From the human T2T-CHM13v2.0 reference genome, Homo sapiens, in NCBI RefSeq assembly GCF_009914755.1, contig NC_060937.1: a stretch of 64,000 nt of DNA. One strand, written 5' to 3'. This document shows, in pieces, positions 13,891-25,570 of this stretch. A program made the position numbers and the translations under genes. Every line of letters starts with the position of its first letter. Positions within the stretch are counted from its first letter, which is position 1. The notes beneath the pieces were generated by a model. It saw only the letters and a program-made list of their open reading frames with translations, had not been told where the DNA came from and did not search any database.

Positions 13891-15469
13891 GATTTCCTCG
13901 GAGTGAGGGCTCATAAGCATTAGACATACACCACCAGACTGTAGAAGGATCGCAGTGCTGTTCTGAAAACAGGTGATAGGTGGTCAAAGGCAGGAGCAGG
14001 GAGACCAGTGAGGAGGTTTTCCAAAACCTTTAGGATTCAGCAGAAAACATTTGGACAAACCCTGCACCTGCCCATGGTTTCCCTCCCAAGTAGCTTAAGA
14101 GCATGAGAGTATGATCCTGGCCTTAGTCACTTACCTTAATTCCTCTATTCTTAAAGGCCAGGTTTCTTCCGGTTAATGTTTCTGAAATCAGGATTAAGTT
14201 GGGATGCATCTAGAAACTGATCATGTACACTTAATACATATGGTTTCTTTTTTTTTTTTCCCCTGAAAAGCTGGTATGAAATCAATGTGGGTTTAGCAAC
14301 TGATAGCATTTTACAACTGAGAAAACATTCTGTTTTGCTTTGTGAACCACAGAATTGATCGTAGTATTGTTTGTGCCCCCACAATTGAATACAACTGATA
14401 AAGGCTTTGGAATATAAATATAGACTTTATAAATAAAGCCTGAGGAAATTGAGAGTGTTTTAGTAGGAAAGACAAACACTAAGATGTGGGGAAAGGTGTA
14501 GGAGGAATCAATGAATCAGGTGTTCAGGAGAGCCAGTGAGTTCTTCTCTGATTAAATAAGATAGACAGCCATCTAGGGATGTGATTTAAGGAGTGCTACC
14601 TCCCTTTCCCAACAGCCGGCAAAGACAGATTATATTCCCACTAGTTCAGTTCTCTGGGCTTCAAGCATTGTCTCTGGGTGATCTCTGTTAAAATGTCTGA
14701 GAGTGACCCAGGAGGCAAGGCACATTCACAGAGGGACCATTAAAAAGATTAATGGGAGGGAAACACCCAAAGGAAATGAGGCTAGAAAATGTTAATGGAG
14801 AATCAACGCTGGGTACAGATCTAGTGCAGAGTCTTTCAGAGCCTAGTCATGACTAAACCTCTTTCAACAGGTCCCTTTGACTTCAGCAAGCTTACACCAC
14901 CATGTGCTGTTGGGGTACCATACCTCTGCCACACCACTTTCTTCCATTGTAATGACTGCTTATCTTCATTCTTGTGTTCCCAGAGTGGGCCCTGTAGAAG
15001 CACAGGAATAAAGACGGTTGGCATTAGTTTTACACAAAACCCACAGATTAATTCTACCTTTATTGTTTTCTCTCTAGCCAAGGATAATTACTTTTGTATA
15101 TTATCCTATCGCACTTTGCAGTTTTTATAATGTCACATCCAAATCTCAGTTTATTAAATAACTCGAAACACAAAAGTCATTCAATAAAAATGTTTTTCAA
15201 GCAGTAATTATCCCTTAGGAAGAAAAGTTTCATTTCTATAACTGGTAAAAATAATTTAACGTGAATATAATGGACATTGGATGATTATCATCTTTGAAAT
15301 TAGGATACACGGCAATACTTAACGATATATTATCTGTTAAGCGTTATCAATTTAGATGAGGGCTGGAAGCCAACATGATTGTGAACCCAAATAAAACATA
15401 GACACAGAGATATTTGTAACTATCCAGTTATTAGGTTAGTCATCCAGCTGATTTTTTTAAAGATTATCA

Positions 15470-15747
15470 TCAGTACTTCCTCTTAATCTTAAAATAGAGC
15501 TGTACATTGCACCTCTCCAGGGTCTGTGGATTTCTATTGAATCAGCATTGTTCATGTTCAAGATTCTTCACACTCAGTAATACAGGAGTCCTTGGGCTAC
15601 TGTGCTCCTCCTACCCAACCACTCATTCCATGCTTCAGCACAACTGTTCTGATATGAGTCATATCTTTATCTACTAGGATTCAGCATAAGATTTCATTTG
15701 GAAAAAAGAGTCTTGGTGCTACCGTTAAACAATTTTAAAACTACTGG
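15470..15747. mobile_element. hAT-Charlie-type MER relic
   Basis: CAGT...ACTG-like ends and gatttcatttggaaaaaagag..ttttaaaactactg; subfamily uncertain. Confidence 0.45.
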
Positions 15748-15939
15748 TCTAGTTTATGGGGCACCCTAAAAGATAGACTATGTCTGAATGGAATAGTGCT
15801 TGGAGGGGTAAGAAATAATGTGAAAGGTCCTTCTTGCAGGATTATTATATATAAATAAAAAAAAGTTTTCTATTTGTAAGAGGTATAAAAATGAAAGCCA
15901 CAATTTTTTTTAAAATATAGAGAATACACCTGATTTTTT

Positions 15940-16100
15940 GGAAACTACTGTGTGCCATGTTTTGTGTTGGGCACTTTGCAGGCTTTTCTCATTTAATCCT
16001 CTATGAAGTCTCATTTGACTTCATTTTATGGAGCAGGAAAATTAGATACTCAGATTGTTCCGCCTGCATCTAAAGTCAGGTCCAGTCTGACTGCGTTTCA
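15940..16100 (-). mobile_element. MIR SINE
   Basis: ctactgtgtgcca..ctcatttaatcct..cattttatggagcaggaaa. Confidence 0.65.
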
Positions 16101-18037
16101 AACTCTTGGAACCTCTGACATTTACTCAATATTTTAAAGTGTGTATTATAAATAACTGTCTCCCTGAGGTGTGTTAGGTTTGGCTTTGCCCAAAGTTAGT
16201 AATTAGGTTGGATGACCAGTCCTGCAACTCCAGCCTGTTGGCCAACTTTCCTATTTGATCTGAGACTCGTTACAGGGCAGTTTTGGCATGGGTAAGAAAG
16301 GAGATGAGAAATAGATGAAACCACACTGCAGGATTAAACCTGAAATGTTATTTGGTGGAAAAAGTATTCCCAGGCTAAACTCTAGTTCTTTCATTCACTA
16401 CTCTGCACACGTCATAAATCAGCCAGAAGAGAGCTATTTCCATATTTTAAATTGCTGCAAAAATCTCTCCAACTTCCTCATTTTGCAGATAAAGCTTCAA
16501 CATTATATGAAGCAGTGTATGTTGAATTTTAATGCTTACTTCAGAAATCATACTTACTCACTTTGTGTGTTTTTGACGCTCTTCTTACATGCAACCATGA
16601 CCTAATTTGTTTGCAGAACATGTTTACTTCTGTAGTGGTTTATTATTAAAATGTTTCTAAGCTTCTGTCTTAGCTATTTAGAAAGCTAAAGAAAGAATCC
16701 CTGTTGCCTTTGAATAATGTATTGGCCCTTGCTAATATCTTACTGAAATAGCTCAAACCCAGTTTAAAAAATCATTTCATAATATTTTAGCCATTCTCAT
16801 ATATGAGTTATATTATAAATGTCATAAATCTTTTCAAAATGTTAAAACTTAAAAAAACTGTGAGACATAGACAAAATACTATTAGTAAATATTTAAGTAT
16901 CAATATTTGAAAACGTTACAGAAATATGCTTTAAAAATATCTACAATGACAAAAATATATGAGCTAGAAAATCCTTAAATTAAGTCTGAGCTATAAAATG
17001 TAGAGCCATATTAAATGTCACTTTGCATTCAATTTGAAGGAAAAAATTAAGAAACCAAAACACTTTGTTAAATACAAACACTTCCCCAAAAAATGTTTAA
17101 CTCTTAATCATGTTAATATATATTTTAATCCTATTATGAAACAGGTATATCAAACATATATACTTAAGTTACTGGATATGTAAACTTAATTCATATACCT
17201 TGTTCTTTAATAGTCATCTCTTGTTGCATAAGGCATCTTATATCTCTCTCTATTCCTAGTCTTGGTTACTAAGATATGATGGTATAAATATCATCATGAG
17301 ATAACATCTTATTTATCATTTTTCAGAAACCAAGAGTTAAAAACTTCCCAAAATGCCACAAATCTTTGAGCTCTTAAGCAACTGTGTGTGTGTTTGTATG
17401 CATGCACGCATATGTTTGTATTTGAAAAGGGAGTGGGGGAGGGGGTAAGATAGTTATAATGCATGTTGTGATTTATTGGATACTAATCTTGGGAACACAA
17501 GATTACATTTCAAAGGTCAGCTTTGCAGTCATGAAAAACAAAGATTCTGCATGTTTGATGCTAATGAGCCCTGTTTATCCAGTGTGTGAAGTAAGACAAA
17601 TATTAGATTAAATCTAAATCACAGAATGTTCTTATTATAGATAGAAGCCTTTCTGGGAGCAGATGTGCTAATACTAAATAGAACACTGCTATAAAATGTT
17701 TTCCTGAATTACTGAAGTAAATAAGATACACTAATGAAAATGGGGAGGGGGAATCATTTATAAAATTAAAATCTTGTAAAAGCACAATTAGAAGAGTCTA
17801 CTACCTTTAAAAATGTGACTTTATAGCCCCGTATATTCCTTTGAAAAATAAAGTCCTTCCTAAAACCATGATTTCCAAGTCCATGGGTTTATTTAGGTAT
17901 TCTTTAAGCACTTCATTTTTACAACATGACTCTTGATTGACATCCCATTACTTACATGCCATTCAAATTGTTCTCAGTTTCCCATTTCCTACTTTTTCCT
18001 TTCAATTTTGTGAATTGTGTGCATCTTGGTCATTGGG

Positions 18038-18450
18038 CTCATTTATTCATTCAACAAATGTTTCCAAAAAGCCCATCATGCACTAAGTCTAAGCTCAGCT
18101 TGGCACCTGTGATGCAAAGATAATCAAGTCATGATTCCTGCCTTCAGTGAACTCATCATATGAAAACAAAGAAAGAAGTGATGAGTCCATGTGGACAAAT
18201 CAGAGAAGACTTTATGGTCTTGGAGAACAGGACTTTCTAGGCAGTAAAGGGGGTGAAAAAGCACACACTGGGGGATAGAGGAGAGGTAAACATTGACATT
18301 TGGGAGGAGGTATAGAGTAAAAGGGGGAAACGGGTCAAGAGAAGGCTGGCGAGGCAGAAAGGAGGTACACTGGGAATGCCCTCTCGCTCACATTCAAGAG
18401 TTTGAACCTCATTTCACAAGGATCTCAGAGTCCCTGAAAGGTTTTTAAGA
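18038..18450 (-). mobile_element. L2 3' end
   Basis: tcatttattcattcaacaaatgttt ... tcctgccttcagtgaactca. Confidence 0.7.
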
Positions 18451-19815
18451 ATTCAATTTGTAGAGACAGAGATTGAAAGCAAGGACACAAGTCAGAATTT
18501 CTAACTGTCCCTTTAAAGATAATATGAATAATATAAAGACACAACTTGTCTTCTTCCAAAGCCTATCATTTTTCCATTTCTCCCCAAATGGAATGGCAAG
18601 AAGGAACCCTAGAGGTGGAACTAACTCATCAGGAGAAACTGTACTTTGCCAGGCAATTTGTGTGATAAACTGAAAAACAAGCAAGCAAACAAATAAACAG
18701 AAAAGGTAAAAAATAATTTTTTTTTACCAAGCCATTCATAAATTAGGAAAGAATCTCTCCTAACAGTATTTTCTGTATTTTTTCACTTAACCTTAAATAC
18801 AAGAGTGGAGCTAAGAGCCATCCATGTGTCTCTGATAAGTAAATTACTTTTACAAGACACTGTATCTGTGCTCCTTCTATATGTGTGTACCATTTTTTCT
18901 ATGTAAAAGATAGTTATGTAAATTTCTATTTTATGAACCAATAATAGCAATGTATAAACAAGACAGGTGTATTTTATGACAATGTCTTGTATGAAACATA
19001 TCATTTGTATCTCAAAAAAAGGAACCTGCCTTAACAGAAATTCCTTCTCTACAATCTAGATGCTTTAAGTATCAGAAATAGCTCGTCTTATGATCCTATG
19101 AAAGGTGCCATGTGCATTTTTTTTCCCAGACTGAGGTTTCTATCTATATCATGATATGTTCAGTTCAGTGAGAAGCATTCAATTTATCACCAAATACTAC
19201 TGCTTTTAGGGAAAAAGGCTTTTAAAAATATAGTTATTCATTTTGAAAAACTCTCTCTTTCTGAAAACCACTAGAAAGTCAAATAATCTTATCTTCCTGA
19301 TCGTGTTCACAGCCTTGGAAATCCTGGGAGCAAACCACCCAGGAGAGACCTGCACTGCTGGCCCAGCCAGGCTGATTCTGAACACTGACTCATGTTATGT
19401 CTCTCAGGTGTTGTCAAATTTTAAAGGCCAATTTCTTGCCTTTTTTTTTTTTTAAATACAAAATAGTTAAATGAAGTCAGCAAAGAAATGAGCGTGGAGC
19501 ACTGCTGTGTACCCACCAATCCTTAAAAGTTACATTATAAACTCCAGACCTTTCATACACATAATAAGGTTCATTAAATACTTGTTGAAAAATATGCATT
19601 TTATGAAATAAGTAACTAAAAAACCATTTCTGTGCAATATTATATCTTACACAATGAATATCAGTAACATCTCATGTAAATATATCTCCATGTAAATGAA
19701 TATATACATTATTTTATGTGTATGGAAAATTTTAAACAATTAAAGAAAAATATAAGGAGGGCATCATGATAACAACCAAGGCGAGATTAAGACTACTCAA
19801 ATAAAGCAATACCAA

Positions 19816-20111
19816 CTGGGCACCAGTGGCTCACGCCTGTAATCCCAACACTTTGGGAGAGGCAGAGGCAGGAGGATCACTTTGAGGCAAGAGTTGGAGC
19901 CCAGCCTGGGCAACATAGCAAGATCCCATCTCTACAAAAAAAAAATCGAAAATTAGTTGGGTGCAGTGGCACTTGCCTGTATTCCCAACTATTCAGGAGG
20001 CTGAGGTGGGAGAATCACTTGAGCTTAGGAGTTTGAGGCTGCAGTGAGCTCTGATCATGCAACTGTACTCCAGCCTGAGTGACAGAGCAAGACCCTGCCA
20101 CAAAAATATAA
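19816..20111 (+). mobile_element. Alu (AluJ)
   Basis: AluJ-type ggcaacatagcaaga and gaggctgcagtgagc; TSD aaataaagcaatac at 19799-19812 and 20112-20125. Confidence 0.96.
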
Positions 20112-20928
20112 AAATAAAGCAATACTAATATACTTTTATCATGCCTGAGGCCGATTTCAAATTTATACTTAACAGTACAAGCCTTTGTAAAAAAGTGAAT
20201 ATGAAAGTGGCTTTTAGTGACTTTCTACCAGGAAAAAGTTGAACTGCCAATTTGTTTTCAAAGAGTTGAGGTTCTCTAAAATTAATTTCTGGTTTATCAA
20301 ATTATTTCCATGCATCCTAGGCATTTAATGTCATCTTCTCATCAATTAATAGAAGGGTAAAAATAGGAGGAGAAATAAGTAACAGGGGTAATAGGAGGAG
20401 TACAAAAAAATCAAATATTATTACCTGTTTGCTTCATTTCTTCCTTAATGTTTTGGACCTGTACACTTTTTCTGTGTATATTGATAACATAAGAAGTTGG
20501 CTGAGCTTATTTCTCTCTTGAGGTAATAGTATTCACAGTTAAATCCTTATTTTTCTAAGGAAAGTTGTGTTGTTCTGAAAATTGCCTTCAGGCAGCCATT
20601 AGCTAGGGACTAAATATCTATTTACAGTATTTTATAGAAATGTTTTTGGTATATAGATTAAAAGTGAAAATCTCTAATATTTTATTCACTTTTGATTTTT
20701 TTAAATCCTAAAATTATATTATCTCTTAAGAAAAATATATATGTACTGGTCATTTTTCAATATGGTAACTTTTTTTCCTACTCTAAATCTGGGCCTAGGA
20801 TGTCACAACTGAACTGAACATTGAAAATTCAGAAACTCCAATATGTATCATTCCATAATCACCCTGTATTGTTCACTCTTAAGAGTGGTTTGAACCTATG
20901 AAGGAGAGTTTGCATCCATGTACATGGT

Positions 20929-21321
20929 TGATAGAGTTTGGATATTTGTCCCTGCCCAAATCTCATGTTGAATTGTAATCCCCAATGCTGGAGGTGGGGC
21001 TTGTTGGGAGGTGTTTGGATCATGGGGACAGATCCCTCATGGCTTGGTGCTGGTCTTGTGATAGTGAGTTTTTGTGAGACCTGGTCATTTGAAAGCACCT
21101 CCCCTCCCACTCTTTCTCTTGCTCCTACTTTCGCCATGTGATGTGCCAGCTCCGCCTTTGCCTTCCACTGTGATTGGAAGCTTCCTGAGGCCTCCCCAGA
21201 GGCAGATGTCACTATGCTTCCTGTAAAGCCTGCAGAACTGTGAGCCAATCAAACCTCTTTTCTTTATAAATTACCCACTCTCAGGTGTTTCTTTACAACA
21301 ATGCAAGAACTACCTAATACA
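20929..21321 (+). mobile_element. MST (MSTA/B-like) MaLR solo LTR
   Basis: tgatagagtttggatatttgtccctgcccaaatctcatgttgaattgtaatcccc ... cctaataca; TSD atggt/gtggt. Confidence 0.93.
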
Positions 21322-22083
21322 GTGGTAAAAATCCCAAAGCCAAGATTCTTGTACATCTGGACCAGCCCTGGTCATTGCCAGTTACAAATGGGCAGATAAT
21401 ATTTTGCTAAATTATTGCTATTTCAATTGTAAAAGCAAGAAGAGTGCCAGGGAACTGCTAGTCAGATGGCCACATGTGGATGAGGTTGCCACAGGTGACT
21501 GGTTTAGTGTTACCAGGTCAGAAAATTGGTGTCATTTTTAAATTCGTTTTTAGAGTAAGGTGGACGAATAATCATTTCTAGCTCCTGAATGTTCCTATCT
21601 GCTATCCAAGGCATATCAAGGTGTCTAGAAAGCCAAATTAGGAATTAGAAGGTGCTTAATAAGGAAAGGCTTAAGCAAAGGGAGTTAGATTGCCTTGTAG
21701 ACAATGTTATACAGTCCACAGTCATGATTATTTCTGCTCCCCTACAGGGAATAGTAATCTATTTTATATCATGATGTATTCTTTCCAACACTTATTAATC
21801 AGCACTTAATTCTCAAATATTAGAATTTATCTTCTCTTAGATTTTAAAATCAGTGTGTTTATTTGAAGGAAACACTTTAGACTTTTGATGAAAATTTAGG
21901 AAAGATTTATTTTACCAGTAACACTCATCATCTTTTGGGTGGGTCATTAACTAACTTAGATGATGGTCTGTAAAGTAGGAAAATTTTTATAATGACTCCA
22001 CAGACAGCTAAGTAAATAATGATCACTTGCAAGCTGATTTGGTTGTAGTTGTGTACTTTTTAATAGAGAGCACAATAGATCAC

Positions 22084-22475
22084 TGTATCTGTCAGGATAA
22101 GCTAGTTGTATTGTGATAATAGACAACTTCAAAATCTCAGTGGCTTGAAACAATGCAGTTTCTTTTCTTTCTAGCATTACATGCCTAATATGAGTCAGGT
22201 GGGGACGCTACACTTGTGTCCTCACTTTGGATCCTAGGTGACATAGCAGTTGCTGTGTGGAATTTTACCAGTCATTCTGACTGCAGGAAAGACAGAGCTC
22301 TGGCTGGTCTTAACGGGCAATTAAATGCTGTGGCTTGGAAGTGACAGAGTGTTACAACTCGCTGGCCAGGACAATTTACTTGGCCCTATCTAACCACAAG
22401 AGAGCCAGAAATTGCAATGCTGCCATGTGACCAGAAATGAAGAGAACTGGAAAGATCTGGCAAACAGCATTGTGA
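22084..22475 (-). mobile_element. MLT1 (MLT1I-like) MaLR LTR
   Basis: caaaatctcagtggcttgaaacaa ... gcaattaaatgctgtggcttggaagtgaca ... gcaaacagcatt. Confidence 0.8.
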
Positions 22476-22976
22476 GCCTCCTAATCATTTGTGTGCATTT
22501 GCCATCACCCCTTATGTTAGCATATCTTTATTCAGAAGGTCGGAGAATCACAAATGTGTCAAACAATGTCAGTTACTACCATGATCATTTATTTTAGATC
22601 CCATTCTTCCTCCATAACTACTTTTTTCCACACCCACGTTACTCAAATACAAAAACCAGTATCTCTAAGCATTTTTCTGAAATTCACCTTAACTTCTTTG
22701 AACCTCAATTTGTTTCAGTAACAACAACAAAAAAGGCTCAGACTACAGTGTCTCTGATAAATTTTAAAATTTTATGATTACATTGTGAAGTTATTAAATT
22801 GTGGCATTTATAGTATTCAGTTATGTAGGTATTTATAATGTGTGTTTAGCACATTTTAAAAACATGCTGTAGTTACTCAGTATTTAGAACAAACAATATA
22901 AATTGAAATAATGAGAAATCTCAGGGTTATCCTAAACCACCACTTGAATGGAAACAGTAATGGACAAACCATAAGC

Positions 22977-23505
22977 TGTGCTGGACAACTACTGCCTGCT
23001 CTCAGATCCCTTCCTCTCCTTTCCTCTACTCGCCTCTCTATAAGCAGGGAATTACATTTCCCAGGGTCCCTTGTTCTTTAGCTTCTGGGTCAGTTAAGCC
23101 AATCAAAGGGACTTATGGAAGACCTGTCCCAAGCAGGAGAGAAGCTGGAATATTTTTTCCTCCTCACTCCATTTCCTTTCCAAGTCTCCAGCAGTAACAG
23201 CAGCAGTAGCAGCAGTAACAACTGTGTCTACCCTGTGGTTCTGCCTCCCACTCTTCTGTGACCCAATCCCCCACCAGAGACTTTGGCTTGTGTTTTTGGG
23301 TAATAGCTCCTCCTGTTATCCCATAAGCCCTAGCAGAGCGAGTGGCTTCCTTTGGTAATGTCTGGGTCATCGTTCTAACTTCTGTTTGGTTTCTCAACTC
23401 TTCTGTCCCCTGTGTAACTATTTCCCTGTATTAAATACTTTCTGTTTGAAAACCACTCTGAACCTGGAGTGGTTTCTGGTTTTCTGGCTAGATCTTGACT
23501 AATAG
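22977..23505 (+). mobile_element. ERVL solo LTR (LTR50/LTR33-like)
   Basis: 3' end ttccctgtattaaatactttctgtttgaaa..gagtggtttctggttttctggctagatcttgactaataga. Contains an imperfect CAG run at about 23189-23220. Confidence 0.65.
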
Positions 23506-23689
23506 AATAGCCCACTATGAAACTGAAAGATTCCTTGAAAGGTTATGTTGACTCAAAGGCCACATAAGCAATTTTCTTTTTAAAATGAATGAGGTCAGTA
23601 GGATAAATGGAAAGTATAATGAACCAGGCAGGGTCTGTATGTTACACAGAAGATCATATTACACAAATATGTTTATATTCATACCATTT

Positions 23690-23880
23690 TGCAGATTGTT
23701 TAAAGTGTAAGATATACCTTTTTTCCATGTAAATATGAAAGTTCTGTTTCGTGATGGAATCATATTCATTGCATTGATGGAGCAAGATATATTTAATGCT
23801 CTCATACTGATTAATGTTTAGGATCTGTTGGACTTTTGAGTACTATAAATAAAACTCAGATGAACACACATGCAATATTT
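23690..23880 (-). mobile_element. Old L1M fragment
   Basis: catattcattgcattgatg ... tactataaataaaactcagatgaaca resembles antisense L1M. Confidence 0.5.
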
Positions 23881-25384
23881 GAAGGATTTAAAGTTTATTT
23901 TTTTCTTTTTTCAACAGAAGGTACTTCTAACCATTTTACTATCCAAATTAACTTTTTCTGTATCAAAACTAACCCTGTCCACCAGGCCTCCTAGCTTTTT
24001 TATTTTATCTTAGCTTCCTAAGTCAGTCAGGCAATTGATAGGATCCAAAAGGAACAGTTGTTATATTTTATACTCTTAAGTCTCTACAGTGAAGCAAAGG
24101 GAAATAAATCATAATTCAGAAAGAAAAGTACAAGAGTAAGTAAGTGTTAATACCATAGCACTGTGTTAGAACAAAAAATGTATTTAGTTTGCTTAGTAAA
24201 TGCAAAAACCCAGCCTAAACCAGCATTCTAAGTGCAGAAGAGAACTTCAAGATTGTCAAGAGGAAAGGAGAATGGGACCAAGGCTTCCAATTTTTAATTT
24301 TGAAAGTACAGTAGGAAACCTCTTTGGAAACTCTATTTAGCTACTATTAATATGAAGTCAAGTAACACCCAGGCAGCTCATCTCAGAGAATCTCAAAAGT
24401 GCAAGACTCTCTGACAGTTCTTTTTCTGCAAAGAAAATGACCATGAAGTCATTCTGCTTTATTAAGAGTCCTCATAGGAGTAGAGAAAAGTTTTAATAAG
24501 CTTATAGCTACTCTGACAGTGGAGTAGTAAATACTAAGCATTACTTCATAGGAAGAAGTAAGTATAACACCTTCACAGGCTGTTTTTATAACATATGGAC
24601 TGTTAAGTACTTGAGAAATAATTTGTTTGTTTTTGCAGCTCATAGTTTAATGTAATGAAGCACTACTGAGTTGAATAACTAGACAAGAAACTCCTTAGTT
24701 ATGGGGAATTATATTCTGAATTAATGAATTGCAAATTGTAAGCCAATCCAACTCCTATAAATATTATGAGGAAAGAAGTAGCAGTCTTACCTACACAGAT
24801 TTTCAAGGCAAAGTTATTCTGTGATGAGAAAAAGATTTACAACATAATTAAGATTCCTAAAATATAAGTACTTAAGAAGAAACTTACCATATGTTTAAAA
24901 TTATCCAGGACTGCATTTATGATCTGTGATAAGTATATATTTTCTGGAATGCCGAAAACCTCTTTAAAGGTTTTCTGTTTTATTTTTATGGCTTTATTGT
25001 GCATTTCGCCTCTAGCAATTTACAATGGGCTTTAAAAATTCAAAAAATAAAATAAATATTTTCATTCTGTGCCTGTGATAGTTATTTCACTTTACAGAGA
25101 AAATACTAACTCATTGGTAAAAATACAAATAACTTAAAATGACAGATTTAATAAACCACATTCTGGGAACATTTTGTTAACACAGCTCTATGATATGAAA
25201 TACAGAGCTTTTTTCAAGTTTGAATGTCAATTAATTTGAGAAATGATGGTCTTGAGAATTGTCTTCAATTTCTGTATACGTGAGATCATTAAGAAAATAT
25301 GTAATCTTAATGGGTCATTTCTTTTTTCCAAAAACTGACTTTAGAGTTCAAAAACAGAGATGACACGATAAATAGGGAAAGAGG

Positions 25385-25570
25385 CCGTGAGTCTGATGTT
25401 AAAATTCTTGAAACCTGGCTTCATCCCATAATAATTATATAACCCTGGCCAAGTTATGAACATTGATGATTCTGTTTCTTCATCTCTCAAAGACGTAAAA
25501 TAAGATATAACTTGCCTTCTTCAAATGGTGGGCCTAAGGATGAGGGTAGCTAATACAAATGAAAGGGTTT
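25385..25570 (+). mobile_element. MIR SINE
   Basis: accctggccaagttatgaac..tctgtttcttcatct..taatacaaatgaaagg. Confidence 0.55.

Larger units (their letters stand above)
12845..14020 (-). mobile_element. L2 (L2a-like) 3' region interrupted by DNA transposons
   Basis: cattcactcatttattcaataatattactgagcacctactat is the L2 3' end in antisense; L2 similarity resumes after the insertions. Confidence 0.75.

Noticed and set aside
17428-17445. G-rich run as a G-quadruplex (similar runs near 8321 and 9070)
   Set aside because: Only three clear G3+ tracts, so not a canonical intramolecular G4.
23189-23220. CAG-like repeat as a polyglutamine tract
   Set aside because: Short, interrupted by TAA/TAG in the CAG frame, and inside an LTR.
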